Shown: positions 26,523 through 37,724 of the stretch, piece after piece
Layout of the letters: every line of letters starts with the position of its first letter
Position numbering within the stretch: the first letter of the stretch is position 1
Assembly (NCBI GenBank): GCA_965202665.1
Contig: OZ241841.1
Location: 1,536,001 to 1,600,000 of the forward strand
Reading direction: 5' to 3'
From: Candidatus Spongiisociaceae bacterium
GTDB taxonomy: Bacteria > Actinomycetota > Acidimicrobiia > Spongiisociales > Spongiisociaceae
Length of the DNA: 64,000 bases
Position numbers and translations under genes: made by a program
The notes under the pieces: generated by a model
Seen by the model: only the letters and a program-made list of their open reading frames with translations
Told to the model about the DNA's origin: nothing
Database searches by the model: none

Positions 26523-27524
26523 TCAGGTGTGGATTTCTATTCGGTCGCCGTCGGACAGGGCGAAGCCCCGGCCGATGCGGCGGTGGGGCGTTCCGTCCCG
26601 GATGAGGCGGGCGAACTTCAGGTCGCGGGCCAAGTCTTTGTGGATCATCGCCGCCACCTCCCCCACCGTCTGGCCGCGGCGGATGGTGTAAGGGCGGTCG
26701 TCGCGTTTTTTGGCCGCCGACTCGGTGTAAACCCGCACCACCCCCAGTTCTTTGAACAGCCAGGGCCCGATATGTCCGATGCGGCCCTCCTCCACCGACG
26801 CCGACAGTTTGGGGAGGCGCAACCCCACCAGTTCCTCCAAAGCCTCCAACTCTTCCTCCCAATCCGTTGCTTGGGAGCGGGCGGCCAGCCAGGCGGCGGG
26901 CAGCAGTTTGGCGAACGGGTCGTCCGGGTCGGACGGCCCCTCCGCCCCCCGCGGCCATTCGCCGACTAGGCGCACCTTCCGCTCCTCCAGCCCTTCCAGC
27001 AACTCCGCCACCCCGGCCGCGCATCCCGGATGGGACAGGTCCACCACCAACAGCCCCCCGTCCGCCGGGCCGAGGGCGTTGCCGATCCAGGGGATGGGGC
27101 GCTGGCGGGCGATGGGCGGCAGATCCACCAGCTGGATTCCCACATCTTCCACCGGGGCCATACCCGGTTGCGGGATCTGGGTGGTGAACGGATAAGGACC
27201 GACCGCCGCTCCGGAACCGGTGAGGGCGTGATGGAGGGCCGATTTGCCGCTGTTGGGCGGCCCCAGCAACGCCACCTGCCCCGCACCTTCCGGGCGGATG
27301 GTAAGGGCCGGCCCCCCCCGGGCGCCCCCTTTGCGGGGCCCGGTCAGCTCTTCGGTCAGTTCCTTGATTTTGGTTTTGATGCCGGCCTGCAAATGTTCGG
27401 TTCCCTTGTGCTTGGGAATGGCGCGCAGCATCTCTTTCAGGCAGGCCAGGCGATCCCGCGGTTCCCGGGCCGCCTTGTATTCGGCTTCCGCCCGCTTGTA
27501 TTCGGGAGAAACGTTGGTGGGCAT
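26523..27524 (-). CDS. DRG/OBG-like GTPase with C-terminal TGS domain
   Basis: [27 protein letters not shown], and a TGS-like IHKDL...DGDRIEIH. Confidence 0.85.
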   Translation of the reverse strand: MPTNVSPEYKRAEAEYKAAREPRDRLACLKEMLRAIPKHKGTEHLQAGIKTKIKELTEELTGPRKGGARGGPALTIRPEGAGQVALLGPPNSGKSALHHALTGSGAAVGPYPFTTQIPQPGMAPVEDVGIQLVDLPPIARQRPIPWIGNALGPADGGLLVVDLSHPGCAAGVAELLEGLEERKVRLVGEWPRGAEGPSDPDDPFAKLLPAAWLAARSQATDWEEELEALEELVGLRLPKLSASVEEGRIGHIGPWLFKELGVVRVYTESAAKKRDDRPYTIRRGQTVGEVAAMIHKDLARDLKFARLIRDGTPHRRIGRGFALSDGDRIEIHT

Positions 27525-27645
27525 GCCCATAAAATACCGCCCGCGGCGCACATCCGCCCGCCGCCACCGCCGCTTGTCCCGAAAAATCCGAAAAATCCGA
27601 AACAAGGGTCTGGAAAAACCGGTCCGGATGGGGCATATTGGAGAT

Positions 27646-29385
27646 ATGGGCGCGTTGTTCATCGACATCGACGGAATGCGAAACCTGGCTGCCGAACTGC
27701 GGGGGGCCGCGGCGCGGCTCGAGTACCTGCAACGGGAAGGGGTGGGGCAACTGGCCAAGGCCGGGGATTTGCACACCGGCCCTTTCGCGGCCCACATCGG
27801 GGAGGGAAGCGACCTGTTGCGGGCGGCGGCCGCCGACTTGGCGGTTCGGGCGGACGGTTTTGCGGAGGCGGAACGGGCCCTGTCCGGTTCCGAACCGTAC
27901 CGTCTCGCTTTGCTGGGTGAATACTGCGCCGTCCCCCCCTCGGGGGAAATCCTATCGGTTGCGGAACGGTTGGAGAAGTTGCTGGCCGAAGGCGGCTTTT
28001 GGTCGTTCATCGGCCGGGGCGACCGGGTGTCGGCGGCGGAGGCGGCGGAGGCGGTTGAAATTTTGCTGACCCTGCCCGCCCATCAGCGGCAGGCGGTGTT
28101 GGAATACATCGACGGGGAGACGCTGGCCGGCTGGCTGGACCGTCTCGCCCGGTCCGCTCCTCCGTCCGACCTGGCCCGTTTGCTGGACCGGCTGGCCGAA
28201 ACCCTGCCCCTGCCGGTCCTGTCCCGGTTGTTGCGGGCCGCCCCGGAGGAGATGGCCGGCCTGCTGTTGGCCGGGGTGGCCGGGGCGGCGCCCGCCCGGG
28301 CTTTGGCGGTTTTTCAGCATTGGGCGGCTGACGATGGTGAAGAAGGCTGGGGTCCCCGGATGGCGGCCGGGCTGGCAGGGCGGATGGGCTTCTACGGCCC
28401 CCCCGCCTTGCGCTGGTTGGCGGACACCGGCCGGTTCGACCGGTTCGTGGCCGCTTTGCTCAGGACGGAGAAGGAGACCGTAACCATAGGGGACATGCAG
28501 CCGATGACTCAGATTTACCGCGACCATTTCACCCCGGCGATGCGGTCCTTGGCCTACTCCATAGGTGAAATGAGGGATCCCGACCTGGCCGCCCGCTTTT
28601 TTTCGGTCGCTATGAAAACTTTGGAGGTCCCGCTGTGGCAAGCGGCCGCAGTGGACAACAACTTCGGCATGTACATGGAAATTAATGATTTCGACGACCG
28701 CCCCGCCCTGATGGAATCTTTGGCGGCCATGCTCCTGTCCGCTCCAGCGGACATTTTCGAATCGTTGCGACTGCAACATGACATTTACGGGGAATCCACC
28801 GGTATTTTCTTTCGGGAGGCTCATCGCCCCACCGACCGAAAAGGCCGGGCCGCGGACGGAAGTTTCTCGGAATGGGGGGCGGGATTCGCCAATCGGATCC
28901 TAAGGGCCGCGCTCGGCCCCGGCCTGGACCCGCAGTCGCGGGCGGAGCATTTTCAGGCCCGCGCCCGCACCGCCGGCGGCTCCTACGACTACGTCAACGC
29001 GGCCCGGCTCGGTTTCATCGTCGGCTCCGTTTCCCGCGGATTGGATGACCTGCAGGTGAACGTTTCCAACCAGTGGCAGGCGGTGGAGATCATCCTGGGC
29101 GCGGCCAAAGTGGCGGACCCCACCGCCATTGCCTCCCTGGTCGCTTTGGGGGCGGCGGCGGCCGAGCCGGCGGTGGCCATGATCCAAGCCGAACAGCTGG
29201 CGAAAATGCAAGCCGAGCAGCAGAGTTACGAGCGGGCTTTGGTGGAGAGCGTCCTGCCCCGGGAAAACGGCCGCATCTACGACGGGGACGCGGCCGACGA
29301 GTTTTTCAACACCTACAACCGAGTGGGGGGAGACGTTTTGCCGTCCGGGTCGCCGAATCCCGACCTGGCGTGGGAAGAGGACTAG
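27646..29385 (+). CDS. Hypothetical helical protein with a WXG100-like N-terminus
   Basis: [22 protein letters not shown]...[25 protein letters not shown] -10 lies 6 nt before the ATG at 27646. Confidence 0.6.
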   Translation: MGALFIDIDGMRNLAAELRGAAARLEYLQREGVGQLAKAGDLHTGPFAAHIGEGSDLLRAAAADLAVRADGFAEAERALSGSEPYRLALLGEYCAVPPSGEILSVAERLEKLLAEGGFWSFIGRGDRVSAAEAAEAVEILLTLPAHQRQAVLEYIDGETLAGWLDRLARSAPPSDLARLLDRLAETLPLPVLSRLLRAAPEEMAGLLLAGVAGAAPARALAVFQHWAADDGEEGWGPRMAAGLAGRMGFYGPPALRWLADTGRFDRFVAALLRTEKETVTIGDMQPMTQIYRDHFTPAMRSLAYSIGEMRDPDLAARFFSVAMKTLEVPLWQAAAVDNNFGMYMEINDFDDRPALMESLAAMLLSAPADIFESLRLQHDIYGESTGIFFREAHRPTDRKGRAADGSFSEWGAGFANRILRAALGPGLDPQSRAEHFQARARTAGGSYDYVNAARLGFIVGSVSRGLDDLQVNVSNQWQAVEIILGAAKVADPTAIASLVALGAAAAEPAVAMIQAEQLAKMQAEQQSYERALVESVLPRENGRIYDGDAADEFFNTYNRVGGDVLPSGSPNPDLAWEED

Positions 29386-29945
29386 CTGAAGTCCTGATGC
29401 ACCCGGGAGGGGGTGGGCCCCCGCTGGTCCTGATATTTGGAACCGGCCGCCCCCGACCCGTAGGGAAAGTCGGCCGGGCTGGTCATCTGGTAGAAACTGA
29501 CCTGGCCGATTTTCATCTCCGGGTAGATGGCTATGGGCAGGTTGGACACGTTGGCCAACTCCAAGGTCAGGTATCCGTTCCAGCCGGGGTCCACGAACCC
29601 GGCCGTGGAATGAATGAGCAACCCCAGCCGCCCCAGGCTGGATTTTCCTTCCAGGCGGGCCACCACGTCTTCGGCCAGCCGCACCCGCTCAAAAGTGGAG
29701 CCCAGCACGAATTCGCCCGGATGCAACACGAACTTTCCGTCCGGATCCACCTTTTTTTCCACGGTCAGGTCGGGCTGATGCTGCTTGGGGTCGATGAGCG
29801 GATACAGGTGATTTTGGAAAACCCGGAACACCCGGTCCACCCGCAGGTCCACCGAGGAGGGTTGCACGAATTCGGGTACGTAGGGATCGATTTCGATGCG
29901 GCCGTCGACGACGGCCTGTTTGATGTCCCGGTCTGAAAAAATCAT
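29382..29945 (-). CDS. dcd: dCTP deaminase
   Basis: [35 protein letters not shown]. Confidence 0.95.
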   Translation of the reverse strand: MIFSDRDIKQAVVDGRIEIDPYVPEFVQPSSVDLRVDRVFRVFQNHLYPLIDPKQHQPDLTVEKKVDPDGKFVLHPGEFVLGSTFERVRLAEDVVARLEGKSSLGRLGLLIHSTAGFVDPGWNGYLTLELANVSNLPIAIYPEMKIGQVSFYQMTSPADFPYGSGAAGSKYQDQRGPTPSRVHQDFS

Positions 29946-29998
29946 TGCCCCCTCCGGCTGGCTGCGCGTGCGCGGCGGGGGGGCCGCGCCGTTCCGGG

Positions 29999-30069
29999 AG
30001 CGGGTGAGGAGAATCGAACTCCCGTTCTCAGCTTGGGAAGCTGATGTTCTGCCACTGAACTACACCCGC
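29999..30069 (-). tRNA. tRNA-Gly (CCC)
   Basis: GCGGGTG acceptor stem, TCAGC-TTCCCAA-GCTGA anticodon arm, GGGAG-TTCGATT-CTCCT T arm. CCA is not fully encoded. Confidence 0.95.
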
Positions 30070-30159
30070 AGGTTTGTCCTGATAATAGCGACTTGCCGAT
30101 GATAGCCGTCGCCGCGGCGGCGCGGTCCGGGCGGGCCGCCCCTCGTCGGGGAGAACGGG

Positions 30160-30375
30160 TCAGGTGAGGAGCCCGGCCGCCGCCCATATGCTGATCACCG
30201 CCCCGGTCGCCAACAGAAACCAGGCCCGCCCCGGACGGTAGCGGCCCTGCCGCCCGGCGGGGGGGCGCCCCCGGGCGTTGCGCCATATGGCCAGGCCGTT
30301 GCCGATGACCATGGCCAGCCCCAGGGCCAGCATCATTTGCGCCAGCAACGCGTCCAATCCGAGAATGTCCGCCAC
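30160..30375 (-). CDS. Small membrane protein with two predicted TM helices
   Basis: GTG start; two hydrophobic helices separated by an Arg/Gly loop. Confidence 0.6.
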   Translation of the reverse strand: MADILGLDALLAQMMLALGLAMVIGNGLAIWRNARGRPPAGRQGRYRPGRAWFLLATGAVISIWAAAGLLT

Positions 30376-30432
30376 GGGCGCAACCTTACCGGATGGCCGG
30401 TCAAGCCCCTCCCGGCGGTTACACTCTGCCCT

Positions 30433-31338
30433 ATGGCAACCCAAGGTTCCCGGCTTGCGGTGTTGGCCGCCCTGTTCGCCAACTCCATCATCGCCGTAGC
30501 CAAATTCGCGGCGGCCGCCGTCACCGGTTCGGCGGCCATGGCCGCCGAGGGTATCCATTCGGTGGCCGACTCCGGCAACCAGGGGATGTTGCTGTGGGGG
30601 ATGACCGCCTCCCGGCGGCGGGGGGGCGATCGCCACCCGTTCGGGAGGGGCAAAGAGGTTTACTTCTGGAGTTTCATGGTGGCGGTGATGCTGTTCGCCG
30701 GGGGGGCGGTGTTCTCCGTTTACCGGGGGGTCAACTCCCTGCTCAACCCGCACCAGTTGGAGAACATCACCGTGTCGGTGTTGGTCTTAGCCGGTTCCAT
30801 AGTGGTGGAGTCGATACCGTTCACGGTGGCCATCCGGGAGTTCAACCGGGCGCGGGGCACCCGTTCGGTGTGGCGCGCCATCCGGGAGACCAAAGACGCC
30901 GCCCTGCTGGTGGTGCTGCTGGAGGATTTGGCGGCGATGACCGGCCTGTTGGCGGCCCTGGCCGGCGTGACGTTGGCCGCGGTCACCGGCGACCCGGTTT
31001 GGGATGCGGCCGCTTCCATCACCATCGGGGTTCTGCTGGCGGTGGTGGCCCTGTTGCTGGCGGTGGAAACCAAGGCCCTGCTGGTGGGGGAGGCGGCGGA
31101 CCGCCGGGACCGGGCCGAGATGAGGGCCGCTTTGCTGTCCCATCCCAACGTGCTGGCGGTGGAGCGGTTGCTGACTATGCATTTGGGGCCGGAGGACATT
31201 CTGGTAAACGCCGACGTGCTGCTGGCGGACGGCCTGACCGGGGAGCAGGCCGCCCAAACCGTGTTGGATGTGGAACGGGCCATCCGCGACGCCAATCCGG
31301 CCGCCCGCAACATTTTCGTGGAGACGGTGCGCGGCTGA
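30433..31338 (+). CDS. Cation diffusion facilitator (CDF) transporter
   Basis: AEGIHSVADSGNQ, HPFGRGKE.YFW, LLEDLAA, LLTMHLGP. Confidence 0.9.
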   Translation: MATQGSRLAVLAALFANSIIAVAKFAAAAVTGSAAMAAEGIHSVADSGNQGMLLWGMTASRRRGGDRHPFGRGKEVYFWSFMVAVMLFAGGAVFSVYRGVNSLLNPHQLENITVSVLVLAGSIVVESIPFTVAIREFNRARGTRSVWRAIRETKDAALLVVLLEDLAAMTGLLAALAGVTLAAVTGDPVWDAAASITIGVLLAVVALLLAVETKALLVGEAADRRDRAEMRAALLSHPNVLAVERLLTMHLGPEDILVNADVLLADGLTGEQAAQTVLDVERAIRDANPAARNIFVETVRG

Positions 31339-31344
31339 AAGGCG

Positions 31345-32193
31345 ATGTTCACCGCTTCCGTTCCAGCATCCTCCGCCAACCTGGGACCGGGGTTCGACAC
31401 TTTGGCTTTGGCTTTGGATCTGCGTTGCCGGGTGCGGGCCGAGGCGGCCGGGAAATGGTCCATCGCCCACATGGGCCCGGAACGGTACGAGGGGGACCCC
31501 GGGGGCGATGCGGTGCTGGCCGCCGCCCGCCGGGTTTGCGAACGGCCTTTGCGGTTGGAAGTGTCCAACCAAATTCCGCTGTGCAGCGGGCTGGGTTCCA
31601 GCGCCGCCGCCTACGCGGCCGGGGCCTTGGCCGGCCTGCGGGCGGCGGGGGAGGATCCCGATCACGACCGGCTGTTCTCCTACGTGAAAGAAATGGAAGG
31701 CCATCCCGACAACGCGGCGGCGGCGGTGTACGGGGGGTTGGTGGCGGCGGTGGCCGGGTCGGTGGTGCGTCTCGCCCTGTCCCCGAAGCTGGTACCGGTG
31801 CTGGCCTCCCCCGGTTTTGAACTCCCCACCGATCGCGCCCGTTCCGTCATACCCGCCGCGGTGGAAGTGGAGGCGGTGGTGCGCACCGTGGGCCGGGTGG
31901 CCGCCCTGGTGGAAGGGTTGCGCACCGGTTCGGCCCGGCTTTTGGACTTGGCCCGGGGGGACGAGTTGCACGAGGGGCCGCGGGCGGCCCTCAACCCGGG
32001 AGTGGCCCGGTTGATGGAAGCGGCGGCCGCGGCGGGGGCCCGCTACGTGTGCTGGTCGGGGGCGGGCCCGTCGGTTCTGGCCTTGGCCCGCCGGGGGGAG
32101 GAGAAGCGGGTGGCGGAGGCCGTGTCGGGTTCGGTGTCCGGCCCCGGCGGGCGGGTGCTGATACTGGAACCGGACGCCCACGGCGCCCTCTAG
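31345..32193 (+). CDS. thrB: Homoserine kinase
   Basis: VPASSANLGPGFD, GLGSSAAA, EGHPDN, SGAGPS. Confidence 0.95.
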   Translation: MFTASVPASSANLGPGFDTLALALDLRCRVRAEAAGKWSIAHMGPERYEGDPGGDAVLAAARRVCERPLRLEVSNQIPLCSGLGSSAAAYAAGALAGLRAAGEDPDHDRLFSYVKEMEGHPDNAAAAVYGGLVAAVAGSVVRLALSPKLVPVLASPGFELPTDRARSVIPAAVEVEAVVRTVGRVAALVEGLRTGSARLLDLARGDELHEGPRAALNPGVARLMEAAAAAGARYVCWSGAGPSVLALARRGEEKRVAEAVSGSVSGPGGRVLILEPDAHGAL

Positions 32194-32243
32194 CCCCGCT
32201 TGGCCGGCGGACGCCTATAGAAGCCCGCCGATTCTCCGGGGGG

Positions 32244-32519
32244 TCAGGGTTGAGAGGAGGGGGTGAAAATGGCGGTGATTTCCGGACCGCATTCGGCTTC
32301 TACGGCCTCCAGCGCCGAATCGTGCCGGGCGACGTCGGCGAGGATGCCCGCCGCCCGTTCGGGTGTCACCCCTTCGTTGCGCAGCTGCCGGCACGCCTCC
32401 CACGCCAGGTAGCGCAGGTCGTCCGGCGACGGCCCCTCTTTGCCGCCGCCGCATCCGGTCGCCAAAACGGCCGCCGCCGCCATCGCCGCCAGGACGCGCC
32501 GCCCGCCCGTTCGCGTCAC
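32244..32519 (-). CDS. Putative lipoprotein
   Basis: GTG overlaps the clpB stop; lipobox LATGC. Confidence 0.6.
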   Translation of the reverse strand: MTRTGGRRVLAAMAAAAVLATGCGGGKEGPSPDDLRYLAWEACRQLRNEGVTPERAAGILADVARHDSALEAVEAECGPEITAIFTPSSQP

Positions 32520-35092
32520 GGCTTGGAGAAAGCGGGCCGCCCGTCTTCCATGGTCACTTGCACGGCGTCCCCGGCCGTGAATCGGCCTTCTAGGAGGGCC
32601 AAGGCCAGCGGGTCGGTCACCGTCCGTTGCAGGAGCCTTTTCAAAGGGCGGGCTCCGTAGGCCGGGTCGTAACCTTCTTCGGCCAGCCATCGGGCCGCCT
32701 CCGGGGTCAACTCCAAGTTGATGTCCCGTTGTCCGGCCGCCCGTTCCGCCACCCGCCGGAACTGCAACTCCACGATGCGGGCCAAGTCGTCCCGGGCCAA
32801 GCGGGAGAACACGATTATGTCATCGATCCGGTTCAGGAACTCAGGCCGGAAGCGGGCTTTGACCACGTCCATCACCCGGTTGCGCACCGTTTCCTCCGGC
32901 AAGTCGGGGGTGATCATCTCCGACCCCAGGTTGGAGGTCATTATCAGCGCCGCGTTGGTGAAATCGACGGTTCGCCCCTGTCCGTCGGTGAGCCTTCCGT
33001 CGTCCAACACCTGCAACAGCGCCCCGAACACATCCGGATGGGCTTTCTCCACTTCGTCCAGCAGCACCACCGAATAGGGCCGCCTCCGCACCGCTTCCGT
33101 CAGCTGCCCCCCTTCGTCGTATCCCACATAGCCGGGCGGGGCCCCCACCAGCCGCGACACCGAATGTTTCTCCATGTATTCGGACATGTCGATCCGCACC
33201 ATGGCCCGCTCGTCGTCGAACATCAATTCGGCCAAAGCCTTGGCCAACTCGGTTTTGCCGACTCCGGTCGGCCCCAAAAACAGGAACGACCCGATGGGGC
33301 GGTGCGGGTCGGCCAAACCGGACCGGCTGCGGCGCAGGGCGTTGGCTACCGCCGCCACCGCCTCCCTCTGCCCGATCACCCGCCGGTGCAGATGATCTTC
33401 CAGCCGGATCAACTTGGCCGTTTCGCTTTCCATCAAACTGCTTAGGGGGATTCCCGTCCAGCGGCTCACCACCTCCGCCACATCCTCCTCCCCCACCTCT
33501 TCGGAGAGCATGGTGGATTCCGACTGGATGCGGGCCAGGGCTTCTTCCCCGGCGGCCAACTCTTTCCCCAGCTGCGGCAACAGGCCGTACTGGATTTCCG
33601 CCGCCCGTTGCAGATCCGCCCCCCGGGTGGCCCGCTCCGCTTCCCCTTTGGCGTCTTCGATCCGTTGTTTGACGGCGCGGATCTCCTCGATTTGGTCTTT
33701 TTCGGAACGCCATTGGGCGGTGAGACGGTCCAGTTCTTCGCCCAAATCGGCCAGTTCGCTTTCCACCGCCGCCAGCCGATTCCGGGAGGGGTCGTCGGTT
33801 TCCTTGCCCAACGCGTTGCGTTCAATCTCCAACTGCCGCTGGCGGCGGGCCAGGGCGTCGATTTCCTCCGGCATGGAGTCGATTTGGATTCGCAACCGGG
33901 AGGCGGACTCGTCGATTAGGTCGATGGCCTTGTCGGGCAGGCGGCGGGAAGTGATGTAGCGGTCGGACAGGACGGCGGCCGCCACCAGCGCCCCGTCGGT
34001 GATGCGCACCCCGTGATGCACCTCGTACCGTTCTTTCAGGCCGCGCAGGATGCCCACCGTGTCGTCAATGCCCGGTTGTTCCACCAGCACCGGCTGGAAC
34101 CGGCGCTCCAAAGCGGCGTCGGACTCCACGTATTTGCGGTATTCGTCCAAAGTGGTGGCCCCGATCATGCGCAACTCCCCCCGGGCCAGCAACGGCTTCA
34201 ACATGTTGGAGGCGTCCATGGAACCTTCCGCGGCCCCCGCTCCCACCAAGGTGTGCATTTCGTCGATGAAGGTGATGATTTCCCCTTCGGCGTCGGTAAT
34301 TTCATCCAAAGAGGCTTTCAGGCGCTCCTCGAATTCGCCCCGGTATTTGGCCCCGGCCACCATCGCTCCCAAATCCAAGGCCACGATGCGCTTGGTTTTC
34401 AACCCTTGCGGAACATCGCCGTCCAAAATGCGCAGGGCCAACCCTTCGGCGATGGCCGTTTTGCCCACCCCCGGCTCGCCGATCAGCACCGGATTGTTTT
34501 TGGTGCGGCGGCTCAGCACCTGGATCACCCGTCTGATTTCCTCATCCCGGCCGATCACCGGGTCCAGCTTGCCGTCCCGGGCCAGCTCCACCAGATCCCG
34601 TCCGTATTTGGCCAGCGCGTCCCAAGTGGCCTCCGGATTGTCGGTGGTTATCTTGCGGGATCCGCGGATGGCCCGCACCGCCTCCCGGATGCCCTCCCGG
34701 GTGACCCCGGCGTCGCGCAAGGCCTCCCCGGCCCCGGTGGGGGAGGCGGCGATGGCCGACAGGAGATGCTCCACCGAGATGTAGGAGTCCCCGGCGGCGG
34801 TCATTTCCGCCTCGGCGTCCCGCAACACCGACAGGGCGCTTTGGGAAAAGCCGGCTTCGGCGGCCCCGTAGGCTTTGGGCAGGCGTTCGATCAGGTTACC
34901 GGCGGCGGCTTGCAGGGCGGCGGGTTGCGCCCCCAGTTTGGCCGCCAGCGGCAGGGCCACCGTGTCCGGCTGCCCCAGCAGGGCGACCAACAGGTGGGCC
35001 GGCTCCGTCTCCGGATTGTTGTTCTCCCCGGCCAGCCGCAACGCATCCGAGATCGCCTGTTGCGATTTTTGCGTGAAACGATTTATGTCCAT
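32516..35092 (-). CDS. clpB: ATP-dependent chaperone ClpB
   Basis: Two AAA+ modules ([16 protein letters not shown]) with a coiled-coil middle domain. Confidence 0.97.
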   Translation of the reverse strand: MDINRFTQKSQQAISDALRLAGENNNPETEPAHLLVALLGQPDTVALPLAAKLGAQPAALQAAAGNLIERLPKAYGAAEAGFSQSALSVLRDAEAEMTAAGDSYISVEHLLSAIAASPTGAGEALRDAGVTREGIREAVRAIRGSRKITTDNPEATWDALAKYGRDLVELARDGKLDPVIGRDEEIRRVIQVLSRRTKNNPVLIGEPGVGKTAIAEGLALRILDGDVPQGLKTKRIVALDLGAMVAGAKYRGEFEERLKASLDEITDAEGEIITFIDEMHTLVGAGAAEGSMDASNMLKPLLARGELRMIGATTLDEYRKYVESDAALERRFQPVLVEQPGIDDTVGILRGLKERYEVHHGVRITDGALVAAAVLSDRYITSRRLPDKAIDLIDESASRLRIQIDSMPEEIDALARRQRQLEIERNALGKETDDPSRNRLAAVESELADLGEELDRLTAQWRSEKDQIEEIRAVKQRIEDAKGEAERATRGADLQRAAEIQYGLLPQLGKELAAGEEALARIQSESTMLSEEVGEEDVAEVVSRWTGIPLSSLMESETAKLIRLEDHLHRRVIGQREAVAAVANALRRSRSGLADPHRPIGSFLFLGPTGVGKTELAKALAELMFDDERAMVRIDMSEYMEKHSVSRLVGAPPGYVGYDEGGQLTEAVRRRPYSVVLLDEVEKAHPDVFGALLQVLDDGRLTDGQGRTVDFTNAALIMTSNLGSEMITPDLPEETVRNRVMDVVKARFRPEFLNRIDDIIVFSRLARDDLARIVELQFRRVAERAAGQRDINLELTPEAARWLAEEGYDPAYGARPLKRLLQRTVTDPLALALLEGRFTAGDAVQVTMEDGRPAFSKP

Positions 35093-35263
35093 GGTTCGGT
35101 TTCCTTGCTTTCCCGTTGTTCCGGCATTCCCACCGGCCTTATATATTGTATAACCGGAAAAGCCGGGAAAATATGCCCGAAAATCTAAGTCGGGTCATAT
35201 AAGATTATAGGCGGGCCGAACGACCGGACGGCATCCGGTCGCCGGACGGGGTAGGATGCTCCC

Positions 35264-35881
35264 ATGAGCTGGACTTTTGACAACGGGACCATCCTGGTCA
35301 AGGCCGCCCTGCTGGGGGGTTTCGCCAACAACGTCTTCGTGGTGGCCTGCGCCCAAACCGGGCGGGGGGTGATCATCGACGCCGCCGCCGAACCGGATCG
35401 CATACTGGAGTTGGCCGACGGGACCGACATTGGGGCGGTGCTCACCACCCACGGCCATCCCGACCATCTACAGGCTCTGGACGCGGTGCTGGAAAGCCTG
35501 CGGGTCCCCTTTCTGTTGCATCCGGCCGACGACCGGTTGGCGGCCCGCACCGTCTCCGCCGTTCCCGACCCGCTGGCCGACGGGCAGGCGATAGAAATCG
35601 GGGAGACCAGCCTTTTGACCATGCACACCCCGGGGCACACCCCTGGTTCCGTATGCTTCCTCAGCCCGGGGGTGCTGTTCAGCGGGGACACCCTGTTTCC
35701 GGGCGGGCCGGGGGCCACCAGTTACGAGGGCGGCGACTTCGATCTGATTATCAAAACCATCAAAGAACGGCTTTTCACGTTGGACGACTCCACCGAGGTT
35801 TATCCCGGCCACGGCCCCGCCGCCACCACCATCGGCAAAGAGAAACCGGACCTGCCGGAGTGGATTAGACGGGGCTGGTGA
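35264..35881 (+). CDS. MBL-fold metallo-hydrolase (glyoxalase II-like)
   Basis: THGHPDH, TPGHTPG, SGDTLF, PGHG. Confidence 0.9.
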   Translation: MSWTFDNGTILVKAALLGGFANNVFVVACAQTGRGVIIDAAAEPDRILELADGTDIGAVLTTHGHPDHLQALDAVLESLRVPFLLHPADDRLAARTVSAVPDPLADGQAIEIGETSLLTMHTPGHTPGSVCFLSPGVLFSGDTLFPGGPGATSYEGGDFDLIIKTIKERLFTLDDSTEVYPGHGPAATTIGKEKPDLPEWIRRGW

Positions 35882-36062
35882 AGCGGTCCGGGCGGGGCGT
35901 CCGGCCCGTCGCCCGTGGTAGGATGGGGGCTGGCCGGCGGCGGTAGGCGCGACCCACACGGGCGGGCAGGCCGCGTTGCCGACACGAATAAAACCTTGTT
36001 GCCCGTTCCGGCTCCGGCCGGAGGGCGTCCCCCAACCGGACAGGTGGGGAGAAAAGGAGTGG

Positions 36063-36974
36063 ATGATGTCCGATTCGCAGTCCGTTCCGGGCCGGGATCG
36101 CCGCCCGGCGACCGTCCCTGAAATACGCTCCCGCAAGCGGCGGGACGACCGCCACTCCCAGCCTTTGACAATGGTGACCGCCTACGACTACCCCAGCGCG
36201 CAGACGGCGGACCGGGCCGGGGTGGACATGATCCTGGTGGGCGATTCGCTGGCCAACGTGATACTGGGCTTCGAAACCACCAACGCGGTGACCGTCGACG
36301 ACATGGTGCGTCACACGGCGGCGGTTTCCCGGGCCCGTCCCCGGGCCTTGGTGGTGGGGGACATGCCGTGGATGAGTTTTCACGTAAGTCGGGAGGACAC
36401 CCTGGGCAACGCCGCCCGTTTGATACGGGAAGGGGGGGCGGAGGCGGTGAAATTGGAGGGAGGGGCGGAACGGACGGAGATGATAGAAGCCCTCCTTTCC
36501 GCCGAGATTCCGGTGATGGGCCACATTGGCTTGACCCCGCAGTCGGTGCACGCCACCGGCGGTTACAAGGTGGCGGGCCGGGGGTTGGAGGACGCCCGGC
36601 GCCTGATCGGGGAAGCCCGGGCCTTGGAGGAGGCGGGGGTGTTCGCCATGGTGTTGGAAGGGGTTCCCGCCACTTTGGCCAAGGTCATCACCGAACGGTC
36701 GTCGGTTCCCACCATCGGCATCGGGGCCGGGCCGCACACCGACGGGCAGGTGCTGGTGTATCACGACCTGCTGGGCCTCCACTTCGGGCGTTATCCCAAG
36801 TTCGTCCGCAAATACGCCGACCTGGCCGGGACGGCGGTGGCCGCCATTGAAAACTGGATGGCCGATGTCCGCTCCGGCGATTTCCCCGCCCCCGACGAGT
36901 CCTACCACATGATCGAAGAGGCGGCCCACCTCCTCTTAGAGGAACAATCCGGCCCCCTCACCCGCCTCGCCTAA
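36063..36974 (+). CDS. panB: 3-methyl-2-oxobutanoate hydroxymethyltransferase
   Basis: MVTAYD, LVGDSL, VKLEGG, GHIGLTPQ, GIGAG. Confidence 0.95.
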   Translation: MMSDSQSVPGRDRRPATVPEIRSRKRRDDRHSQPLTMVTAYDYPSAQTADRAGVDMILVGDSLANVILGFETTNAVTVDDMVRHTAAVSRARPRALVVGDMPWMSFHVSREDTLGNAARLIREGGAEAVKLEGGAERTEMIEALLSAEIPVMGHIGLTPQSVHATGGYKVAGRGLEDARRLIGEARALEEAGVFAMVLEGVPATLAKVITERSSVPTIGIGAGPHTDGQVLVYHDLLGLHFGRYPKFVRKYADLAGTAVAAIENWMADVRSGDFPAPDESYHMIEEAAHLLLEEQSGPLTRLA

Positions 36975-37066
36975 ACCTTAAAGCCAGGAAAGCGGAAAAC
37001 CCCACACGCAGAGGTCGCCTGCATTCTTTATTCCCGGGCGGAGGCGTCCGCTATAGCTGGCGTAAC

Positions 37067-37687
37067 TCAAAACTGGTCCCAATCTGACTCTTCCGAGTAT
37101 TCCCAATCTTCTTCCGCTACCCACTCCCAGGCCCGCCGGGGGATGTCCCAATCTGATTCTTCCGAGTGTTCCCAATCTCCCAGAGGCGAATAGAGTTCGA
37201 GCTCATCTAAGTAGCCCGCTATGCGCGCCTTCGATTTTTTGGCCTTGGCCAGTGCTACTTTCATTTTGGCAACAAGGGTCGGCACTTCGAAGCTGGCGGC
37301 GCGCGCCATCATCTCAAAGTTATGTCGCAAGCCCTGTTCGGTGAGGTTGGCGGATCCGACCAACGCAACGTATCCATCGGGTTGCTTGACAATCCAAGCC
37401 TTGGCGTGGGCGATAGCCTCCCTGCCTGGAGTTTTTTTGCTGTACCAGGTTTTAACTGTCACGTCGTTGCGACTGAGAAATTCCAAAGCGGTCATCCGGT
37501 CGGACTCGGCGGCTTTGGCGAATCGTTTTTTTCTGGCATCGCCGGTCAACAAAGTCACCGGCCGGTCGAAAGTAAGCTCATGCAACCAGGCCAAACCCCA
37601 GACGCTGGCGTATCCGGTTAAGACGTACAGGTGTCCCTGCGGATTCTCATCCAGGAATTCGATAATGCGCTGTTCGGCGTCGAGTAT
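37067..37687 (-). CDS. PLD/HKD-family nuclease, apparent ATA start
   Basis: HAKAWIV...VGSANLT motif. The frame is open upstream (LYVLTGYASVWGLAWL) to an ATA 6 nt after GGAGAAAGG. Lower GC than its neighbours. Confidence 0.65.
   Translation of the reverse strand: MLDAEQRIIEFLDENPQGHLYVLTGYASVWGLAWLHELTFDRPVTLLTGDARKKRFAKAAESDRMTALEFLSRNDVTVKTWYSKKTPGREAIAHAKAWIVKQPDGYVALVGSANLTEQGLRHNFEMMARAASFEVPTLVAKMKVALAKAKKSKARIAGYLDELELYSPLGDWEHSEESDWDIPRRAWEWVAEEDWEYSEESDWDQF
37076..37178. repeat. 34-bp direct repeat encoding DWE(H/Y)SEESDWD twice
   Basis: 37076-37109 and 37145-37178, two mismatches. Confidence 0.85.
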
Positions 37688-37724
37688 GGCGGCCCTTTCT
37701 CCGATTGCGATAACGAGCGTTGGG

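Noticed and set aside
35100-35180. HspR (HAIR) or CIRCE operator upstream of clpB
   Set aside because: Only an AT-rich quasi-palindrome is present; neither consensus matches.
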